DNA of 64,000 nucleotides from Tubulanus polymorphus (Eukaryota; Animalia; Nemertea): NCBI RefSeq assembly GCF_964204645.1, contig NC_134026.1, positions 2,317,950 to 2,381,949 of the forward strand, read 5' to 3'. Shown piece by piece: positions 54,375 to 64,000 of this stretch (position 1 is its first letter; each line of letters starts with the position of its first letter). The notes under the pieces were generated by a model. It saw only the letters and a program-made list of their open reading frames with translations, ran no database searches and was not told where the DNA came from. The position numbers and the translations under genes were made by a program.

Positions 54375-54669
54375 ACTGGTATTCAACCCAAAAATCCATT
54401 AAGCCACAAAATAAACCAATATTGATATATTTATGTCAACTCATATTTCAAGTCTTTGACAGTTCATTGATGGCGGGCTCTATTCGTAAATTCGCTGTTT
54501 ATGTGATTTTACGCACAATTTCAAAGTGACGTCATATTGGCCGTCAAGCGCTTAACTGAAAATTCATCAGTTATCTGCCATTTGACGCCCGATATTACGC
54601 AAGTGAACAGTACGTGTTACCGCGCGTACCTGTTTATAATTTTAAAATAACTATAATGTTAGTTTTTAA

Positions 54670-55176
54670 TTAGGGTTTTCTGACTTTCGTCGAAAACCCT
54701 CTTGAAATTCTGTTGATTATTATTATTATTATATATTTTCCGCCGATTTCGTCAAATAGAATTCATCTTTATTCAGATTCGGCAACTGACAGCTTCGAAA
54801 CGAAATGTATAAATTGATACTGTAATAACGGTCTCTCTGAACCAACAGATTGTCTGAATGTACTTTCCATCCTATTTGAAACTTAAAATTACTTATCAGG
54901 TTACTGTAAATAAAGAATTGAAATGATTTGTTAGACAACAAGCACCGGCGCAATAACAGTTTGTGACGTCTTTTAGTAAGTAAATAAAGGAGGGCTCCGA
55001 GAATTTCCAAATCACGGGGACTATACTGGGTTAGACCATTCAACCAAAAAGAGGATTGCTCCGATAATATCCAAATCATCTCATTTTATTTTTTCCATCG
55101 AATACCCGGTAATTAATTTTTCCTTTCGATCACATGCATCCAGAAAACCCGTTATCGCTGCTTTGCAGCTATATTT
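54670..55176 (+). mobile_element. Non-autonomous Helentron-like (HINE) element, copy B
   Basis: Begins TTAGGGTTTTCTGACTTTCGTCGAAAACCCT and ends CAGAAAACCCGTTATCGCTGCTTTGCAGCTATATTT. Matches 5033-5537 in reverse complement. Confidence 0.75.
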
Positions 55177-55723
55177 GTAACTGTTTTTCTTTGCTATTCA
55201 ATTATCTGTAACTGCTTCGTGATCCTTTTTTGGTGGACGAGCGAGATCCTGTTGGAATGACACAACATAACACGCTTTATATCTTTCATTACATACATGT
55301 AATAATACGTTGAATGAATATTTATTAAACCGTGAATAGAAATAGACTGTACAATGTATTTACAAAACATTCGAAGGATCATGTAAATATCAATGCACAC
55401 AATGCGAGCAATAGAATGAAAATAAATAACATTTAAGTAACAATCATCTGATAGCGAATCGTCAATTTCACAAAATACCATTAAAGACTCCAATAGACAA
55501 TAGAAATTGCTGCACCACCACACAAACCAAGAGGAATGATTTTATTAAACCACAAGTCTACACCACACAACCATGCACCCGATGTTATATTCGTATTAAA
55601 TGTACTAAACAATAACTCAGTGTTGTTGCCATCTGACGAGATCTTACAAGTATTTGATTAAGAATATGAATAAACAACAAAATGAATCATCCAATAAGCA
55701 GATAGGAAATCTGGAAACTGCCA

Positions 55724-57539
55724 CTAGTGATCGTGGTGGATATCATTACTTCCATGAACCTTGAGCATGTGTTCAGCGAAACTGAAAAAAAACGACACAT
55801 TTAAAGCATTTAGTATAAGAGATTACGCAAATTTCAGAATACACTTTGGGCTGTAGTTCTACGGTTGTAAATCTTACTTGTGCTGACACTGCGCTGCCAC
55901 ATCGCGTTTACAATCTTCAAGATGTGCCATTTTATACAGAACCTATAAAATTGTTAAGATAACGTTTCTGAAGTAGTATTACTACAATGATAGTGAAGAA
56001 GAACATTTCAGTGATCAGCAGAACTTACCAGAAACACGAGACAATGAAGAATAATAGTGTAGAAAAATACGAATGTCCTCGCTACTCTATTACTCATAAT
56101 AAAGCGACCCTATTGACGAGAGAATTGAGAATTTGATGAGCTTGATTATATAGTCAAGAAAGAAAGTAAAATTATATCCAAACAATGAAGAGCAAGTTGA
56201 TTTTACCATGCTCAGAGTGATCTTGTCGTATGGTTTAAGATTCATGTACTTCCTCTGGCGCTCCTACAAAGTGGGATATTTTCAATAGTTAAAAAAATAC
56301 CCAATTTATGAAATATATGAATTGAAAACTTCAGAAGTTATTCGCTGGAATCAATACCTTTTTACTGAACATAGTGAAAGGGTCCAACTTTTCTTCATAC
56401 CGCGATGAATACTGGCTGAAGGCTGAACCGTCCTCAGCTGATCGCTGTCAAGAAAAAGAAGGATACACAAATTTCCAAAAAAATTCCAGATTTCAAAATA
56501 ACTGTTAACAACAAAGATAGCTGAAGTTATACCTGCGATGATGGATACGATTGCAAAAATTTGATCTTCTCATACAGTTTAACATTGTCCGATCGAAGTT
56601 TGTCAATTTCGTTTTGCAGAAGGTGTACTTGTTGTTGCTGTGAAATAGTTTGCTGTAAAGAGACCACCAAAATGCAACACGTATTGATTACAAAGCAATT
56701 TGTAATAAAACCTCTTTTGAAGCTATCTATTAACTTACAGCTTCCAGTTCCTGAGCTCGAACCCGAAACCTTTCTCTTTGACTTTGAACAATCGGTAGAA
56801 TGGAATCACTCGCGTGTTTACCTTCTTGACCTATTCATTGTAATATGAAGGGTCGTATATTGATATCTACATAAATCAATTTATTCGATAAACAAGTAAA
56901 ATAAAAGCCGATTCAAATAATTCATTTTTCATACAAAATTCAACAATATCCGGCCCTAAAGTCTGTTGACGATATGTATATACTGTACGGCCAACGAATC
57001 ATACGGCATTTCTAGGAATAAATTCTTCTGTTTAACCTTTATTAGCGAAATGATGATATTCACGGAGAAATTACCCAGTGGTGCAGTTACATCTTTGATG
57101 GCATCAGCGACAAATTCAGCAGTGTGACTGGATGACTGTGAACTCGGTTCACCCTAAAGAAATAGAATAGAATCGAGTGAGTGTTAAAAAAACAGATGCT
57201 AACACGAAGCTGATTCAACAGTAGTTTCAAGTGTAAATCAATTGAGAGATGTATCAATCCGTTTTTGAAAAAGTAGAAAGTCTCACTTGCATATATATTT
57301 CTGTAGCCGGTTTTTATTTCTGCACATAATCCAATCGGAAATCTTTTTCTACATTTTCCGCAATAGCAGGTTAACATTTCGTATGGTTTTAATGATCGTT
57401 ACCTCTGCATCACCTCTGAACATAGATGAAAGGGCGTTTACACTTCGTAAATCCTCTTCAAGTTGCGCAATAAGTTGCTTCTGTTCTTGAACTGAGTTGA
57501 CAGCTTCAGAGTATTGTTGCTGTAACTGCTGGTAATGTC
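55724..57539 (-). CDS. CUX1: CASP golgin (CUX1 alternatively spliced product), CASP-specific C-terminal exons, 5'-partial
   Basis: Minus exons 57539-57403, 57153-57075, 56830-56739, 56652-56533, 56444-56358, 56263-56207, 56109-56029, 55942-55878, 55781-55724, in frame. Motifs LIAQLEEDL, DSILPIVQSQRERFRVRAQELEA, LRSDNVKLYEKIKFLQSY, YEEKLDPF, golgin TMD ARTFVFFYTIILHCLVFLVLYK, FAEHM. Confidence 0.92.
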
Positions 57540-58671
57540 CTTTATTGGATGAAAAAAAAGAGATCGAATTTTAAAACATTTGATACCAGCGTCCGAACTA
57601 ATAATTTAGATACACGGCGATATCATTCAAAACGTCAGTTGATCTCATTGTCATGTCTCTAAATCCTCGATTAACAGTTTCTCCAAAGTTTGTTAAGGTT
57701 AACAGGCGGATAAAGCCATAGTGACAGTTGAAATTGTTTTGTAACCCTAATATTTCCGTACCAGTTATGATGAACTTCTGAGTTCTATAGCCAATCTAAC
57801 AACTTAAAATTAGTCTTAAGGTTTTTAAGACCACTTCAGGACGACTCAGCAACCTCGGGCCCTTGGTCATCTTTTATGATTGTTAGCTATCTCTAAGAGA
57901 GATAATCCAAAAAATATGCAAAGATTACCACAACAGGAAAAATTCGATTCATATGAATAAGGACGATACATTTATCAAACATTTAACCAAGAGCTGTTAT
58001 TATTGATAAATGGTAATTCTAATATGAGCGAGTATGTATACATCTATATTGGGCCTCAAAATGTATGCAATCCTCTACTTGTTCTTGGAAGCAGGTGAAT
58101 CCCTTCGGCGACGATGACTCCAGTAACAAATCAATAAGAAAAAGAATATAATTTTGTGGAAGGTACAATGTACAATTTATTCACAAAATGAAAAATGTAG
58201 TCTTTGATAACTTCCCAATTCCCGGTAAAAATGCACAGAATACAGATTGTATATAAAATGCCGTACAAAAAGCAATTTTAATCAACAGCCAACAAAGGCA
58301 ACAACAAGAGAAAGAGAGAGATATATAATAGAGAGCAGAGGGCGAAAAGGCAGAAGAACCATAATATATAAAACATACACATTTAACCAGGAGATTTATA
58401 CATCAAAACTCCACTCATGTCATGGAATTTAAAAGACGGGTTATAAAAAGGGTTAAAATCATGCATACGTGTTTTACAAGTGAATAATAATAATGATGAT
58501 GATAATAATAATAATAATAATGATAATATATAGAAAATGTGGATAGGGTTAGTCGTTAAAAACGTTGATCAGATTATTTCCAGTCACCTGAGGAAAAACA
58601 ATGTAGAGGCAAAGCCAAAAGACGGCAGCACGCACATATAGAAATGGTAAAGATAGAGAAAAATATAGTTT

Positions 58672-58800
58672 TAAGAGGCCAGCTTTCATTGATAAGCGAA
58701 CATATTAGAATCCATTCAGTTAAGATTTTTACAAACTGAATGACGTAATCTACTGTTTCTGATTGATGTAATACTTATTAAAATGAAATCTGGCTCCTTA
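58672..58800. mobile_element. Short MITE-like element
   Basis: Imperfect TIRs TAAGAGGCCAGCTTTCAT / ATGAAATCTGGCTCCTTA with an internal cattcagtt/aactgaatg stem. Confidence 0.55.
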
Positions 58801-59277
58801 TGAATGAAATAATCATAAATATATAGTAGTGTAAAATAGTGTAAAGGCATTTCAGGGAGTTGTCAATAAAGACCGAGCAACTTTCCCCCCACACAACATT
58901 GTGATAAGCTTCGTTGTCGTTCGCTTAGTTGTAAATCGAAAATTTAAAAAAGTAAAAAAAAAGAAGAAAATTCAACCGAGAAAATATAAAAATCTCTCAC
59001 TAAATGTAAAATTTTCATTCACAATATCGTAGCATCATTTATGACCGAATCAAAGAATCATAAATGAATTTTTTTAAATTTGAATGATGGTAAAAGGATT
59101 GTGTAATAATAACGCACTCACTATGAAATTCAGTGCCAAAATAACAGAGAAGAAGGTGGTTCACGCAGGCTGTGCATAAAAATTAAACATCATTTCACAA
59201 CCTTAAAATATGATTAAAAGTTCTTTAAAGTAAAAATTAGAAGGAAAAAACATTTGATGCCCGTTTAGCCGCGGACA

Positions 59278-59348
59278 CACTGTAGCTGAAATGTCACTGA
59301 TTGTATTCAAATGCAGTGATGAAATTCAGCTTCAGCTACAGCGGATCC
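59278..59348. repeat. Hairpin / short palindromic element
   Basis: CTGTAGCTGAA..TCACTG..CAGTGA..TTCAGCTACAG nested stems. Confidence 0.6.
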
Positions 59349-62297
59349 AAGGCTTGAAGAAATTGAAAACTGAATATTTGCACAGCATTTTATAGACATT
59401 AACGATACAATAGCAAATACAATGACACAATATTTTGATTATATAATAAAATGTGTTAATTTGTTTTCAGGAAATGGGGGGTTCCATTTATCATTGATCT
59501 GCACCAGAATACTGTCAGAGAATTTGAGCTTGCAGAGAAAAACTATCTTACTTGAAAATTCCAGGATTGACAAGGAGAAAATCAACATAATAATTCAATG
59601 AAATAAATAAGAAATTTCAACCGATGATTATGAAAATATTAAAGTGCCGAGTTTCGAGCACAATATTTCAAGAAAAACTTGAATTGTAAAAGCGACAATT
59701 TTAGCCAGTTTTCCAGTGGATGTCGTTGATTAGATGAACACGCATTATAGATGATATGTTTGAAGCTGTTTTCAAAACGAGAAGCTTTAAAAAGACTAAT
59801 ATTAGAGCCGTACGGCGAGAATGTATGACAAGCCGATGAAAGCTGAAAGTCGAGCGGAAAAATTCCATGAGTATGTTACAAAAATAGAACCGTTACTTGT
59901 TTTTTTTTTCGATATAAAAATAAAACAAATATTACATTTTTCAATCGTAGTAGTTCGTCATCGGTTTTCGAGACTGAAATCAATTTGAGTATTTAATATT
60001 TCTCACGATATAAAATTCCTACAGCTCTACATATTCTAAATATCATCAGACTAGGGCAGTTTAATCGATATACGTCCTTTAAAAAAAAATATTATTTATG
60101 CGTACAGTTTTTCAAATGCATTTTCAAACCAACCGTTATCTCGTTAACCTTTTTCCTCAACTCCCGCGTTATTGCGTCGATAACATATTTCGATGAGTCG
60201 ACAATATATCGTAATTTTGAGAATATTTCACTAGGAATCGTTGATTTTTTTTCACGACAACATGAATAAACAGTTGTTTAAGCAATACTGATCATATATT
60301 ACGAACGTTCACCACCGGAACATTCATAATTGTTTCTACTCTTAAGACTGACTATACTATTCACATTTTGTATATCCTCCATTGTATGAACTGGCCATTT
60401 AGCGAAGCGATAAATACGTAGAAGAGAAAAAAGTTAAGTTAAAATTATTTGACAAAAAAATCTATGAAGCCAACTATACTTGATTGAGCAGCTGCCAGAA
60501 GTATGCAACACAACGCCGTGCGAGTATAAACTTGTGTGTAAGGAGCGTAACCAAAAATTACTGATGCAAATTCTAGTGCCCATCTACCTCCTGTGATGGC
60601 TCCATAAATTCGATGGAATGTTATTTTAGCAATTTTCTCTCACGGACAAGAAAACTAATTAACTACCACGATTTTCATCGTTATATTTCGAACAATCGTC
60701 TTAAAAGGAAAAACTGAAATTTTTAAGTATAAACGATGTTTGTCTAGCTAACTTTTTGCTACGTTCACGAAGCCATCACAGGGCAAAATCTCCTGATATC
60801 GACGATAAAAGCGATGAAACAAAATATACAGTAAATAAAGCATACAAGATGATGCATGCTGCCATTGAGAACGACAAAAAAACATCCCTCATTATCATTT
60901 TATCAATACATCAAAACGACAGAGATGTAAAAACAAAAATAATTATAATATTGATTAATAATCGTAATAATAATAATAATGATGATAATAATCATAATGT
61001 TGAGAGAATTTTTGAAAATAATGAGAAAGTTTGACAAGATTTGAGCAAGAAGACTTCACGGCATGTTATAATACTGGCAGGTAACCATAAGCACAGCAGA
61101 TAGTCAGAATCATTTTCAGTCTCCGATGCGTCGTTTTCAACCGCGGATTATTCTCGAACGACCGTATTTATCTTTTAAATTGGCTGATATCCGAACGTAC
61201 ATACTCAAAAATATTCTATCTATCGAATTGAAAAATATCGAAAAATTCCTACGAGGCAAAAAAACCATCGGACTGACGATCGAATCGAAATTATTCCGCG
61301 GGTAAAAACAACGCAAAGACACATCTTTAAACATCATAAATCACAACCATTGATGATCAATATTTTTAAACAGCTAGTGATTGATTGCTCTCATATTTAT
61401 GCATACCCTGATATATTCTAATATCTATCGCTACTCTTGACGATCAAAATTTATCGAATTGGCCTCGTTGATTGATAATTCAACTCCTAAAAACGAAATG
61501 GGGGCAGTAACCACGTAGTTGATGACTTCGACTAATTTGAATTCTGACTCCATTTCTATAAGTGGCTACATCTCTATTCATCGCGCTTCGAAGGAACGAA
61601 GTAAAGGCTAAAGATTACTAATATAACAGCACTAAGCTGAGTCGAGCTCTCGAGAAAAAAGTCACCGTTAAAAAATTCAGATTCATTCTTCAGAAGATGT
61701 GTTGCATCTAGTTATAACATAAATAGAGTCAAATTGTGATAACTTTCTGCTGGACTAAAGGCCTCCAAGAACGCTTGAAAATAATCATACGAAGTTTTCT
61801 GCATGAAATTTTGAGAAAAAAATCTGATTATCAAAATGAAGTGAAGTTTTAGGATTCATAAATCATATGAAATGACAAATAATTCCTAAAGTATTGACAA
61901 AAAGTACTGATCATTTAAGCGGCTTTTTCTCTTTCCAAATTTCGATTAACCTTATAAATTTTGTGCCAAATTTCGTTTATAAATCGTAATGAATTCAATG
62001 TCTCGTTAATATCAGACGACAGACATGAAAACAACAGAGAAAATAAACCAATAAACAGGTCCCTAAAATACACTGTATGTTAACTACATAGAACCAGCAG
62101 TGATTTCTTCATTTCATGAATGAAAAATAAAAATACAACAAACAAAAAAAAAGATATTTCCAACCGCGAAATGTAAATCTCGTTCAACAGTTAAAACTTT
62201 TTACATCAATGGATAAAATATTGCTTCTTCTTGGAGAGCCATCAGCAGAAAATGACAAATCAATTCAGATCTTTGCCTAAGGAAAAAAGTTCATACC

Positions 62298-62298
<1 letters not shown>

Positions 62299-62328
<30 letters not shown>

Positions 62329-62351
62329 TTAATAATAATAATAATAATAAT
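62299..62351. repeat. (AAT)n microsatellite
   Basis: Near-perfect AAT run. Similar degenerate tracts at ~8271-8325, ~58483-58528 and ~60965-60998. Confidence 0.85.
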
Positions 62352-63382
62352 TATGATAATAAAGATAATTAAAATCATTGAATTCTTTTAGTAAACATAC
62401 GACGCTCTGTAAATCATTAATCAGCTAATCAATTACCTACCTACCTACCTACGGTGACTACATCTAAGTTACTATATATAAATCTATTGAGTTAAAACTA
62501 CTACAGTACTGTTTTCTTCAAGAGGCGAATCATTCATATAAAACAACAGAATAATCAATCTGAATAATCAATTAATAGTAATAATAATAATAATGATAAT
62601 TATAGTTATCTCTCAGTTTGACAAGTATATCTATCTTATATATGTATATTTATATATATATATATATATTTGTATGTATATATATTGTATGTTAATACTT
62701 CGTTTATTCACATCGACAAAAACATGAATGATTGATACAATGAGATATGTGCAAAAAATAAGCAATGAATTCGTCGCTGTTTGAGACGCCGTAAGTTCGA
62801 GATTCTCATGATTTCAGATTCGAAATTCGTCGTAATATCGGTGAAAAACGTTGACTATCAGATCTAAACTTCTAATTGAATTTCTCAAAAGTGTAATGCG
62901 CGCAATAGTTGAGCAGTAAAATATCAATCGTCGCGCATTTTGCCAGAAAAGTGCAAATCCATTGTTAATACGCACCCATAATCTCATCGTCCCAATGGTG
63001 GCAAACACCTCAGCATAAGGCGACAATAAGGGGATTTTATTCAAAATCAAAATTATAAATCTATTTAATATATGAATAGTATCCGATGAGAAACACTAGT
63101 TTCGTTAGATCGTTTTCTGAAAAAATATACATTCATAGAGCACATTTAAATGAACTAGTGTTATCTTCACGAGAGAACGCGTTTACGCACGCATTTCCTT
63201 CGTATTCCAATTATCTATATATAGAGAGATATTCAGAGATAATTGTAAAAATTCCACACAATAAATTCATAACAACGTACAAAAAATAGAAACATCTTTT
63301 TTTTCAATTCCATAGAATGTTAAAATCTGGCCTCGTAGTGTTTTTGACTCATGCCTTTTAAAGGCTATTTAATAGGCTCTCC

Positions 63383-63514
63383 ATTGAATGCCGAGTTCAG
63401 CTATGTTATTTCAATAATATCCAAAAACTGCGTCAACCTTCTAAAGGTTTTTTGTCTGTCATCAAAATACGGCTAATTTTCTACTTATAGAACGTAGCTG
63501 AACTGGCATTCAAT
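63383..63514. mobile_element. Short MITE-like element
   Basis: Near-perfect inverted ends ATTGAATGCCGAGTTCAGCTA / TAGCTGAACTGGCATTCAAT. Confidence 0.6.
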
Positions 63515-64000
63515 AATCAATATTTGGTCTACTGCTACACTATATCATTTTACCTAGCGCTAAAACTAGACTCATCAAATTGTCAGTAGCACCATTTGTT
63601 TATATCTTTTTTTGGGGGAGAAAAATATAGATATTTCCTGAAATTTGACACACTTATTATTCACTGTTTTTTTTTTCTTCATATACATATATAAATTCAG
63701 ATAAACCGATTTTCTTCGTCGGAACGCTGGCTGTGGATGAACAATCCATAGACAGACAGGTATAGACAACCCATAACGATACTAATTACAATAGTAATGA
63801 TATAATAGAATCATTGAATCATAAACAGACCATAAAATGATCACAAGAAAAAGTGAGAAATCTGATTTTTGATTAAATCTGAAAGGCACGAATACTGAGA
63901 AGTAAAAACTGTTTACAATGTTTGTTTTTAGAACCACCGTACAATGACGTAAACATGAATACAAAATGTTCAACAACAACACGCAGTTGTACAATAAATT

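Larger units (their letters stand above)
58150..64000 (-). other. Putative long 3'UTR of the Cut/CUX homeobox isoform inside the CASP intron
   Basis: No credible ORF, U-rich on the minus strand, (TTA)n tracts, minus-strand AATAAA at ~58176-58181. Position 5' of the first CASP-specific exon matches the known CUX1/CASP layout. CUX exons themselves are not in the window. Confidence 0.45.

Noticed and set aside
54729-55079. 116-aa ORF inside HINE copy B
   Set aside because: Copy A has stop codons in the same frame and there are no transposase or helicase motifs.
1-64000. CRISPR array or prokaryotic defence system
   Set aside because: No repeat-spacer periodicity or operon structure; all genes carry spliceosomal GT-AG introns.

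Overview
AT-rich, intron-rich animal genomic DNA, probably an invertebrate; a lophotrochozoan is my guess from gene style only. No prokaryotic features, CRISPR, rRNA or complete tRNA were seen. Manual splicing gives six protein-coding loci. (1) The 3' part of an NCKX/SLC24 exchanger (+). (2) A Di-Ras/DIRAS GTPase (-) with a ~30 kb mostly non-coding upstream region containing candidate in-frame N-terminal exons. (3, 4) Two tandem SLC1/EAAT glutamate transporters (+) with patchy near-identity suggestive of gene conversion. (5) A secreted CAP-EGF-ShK-like-polyGly-ShKT protein (+). (6) The CASP-specific 3' exons of a CUX1/CASP locus (-), with what may be the long Cut/CUX 3'UTR in the intron 5' of them. 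Repeats include a (CCAA)86 microsatellite, two inverted copies of a Helentron-like (HINE) element and several MITE families. Best leads: the unannotated N-terminal exon set of DIRAS, a possibly cleavable C-terminal ShK peptide on the CAP protein, and a ~365-nt multi-hairpin element at 14347-14710. All exon boundaries were read by eye and need RNA-seq confirmation.
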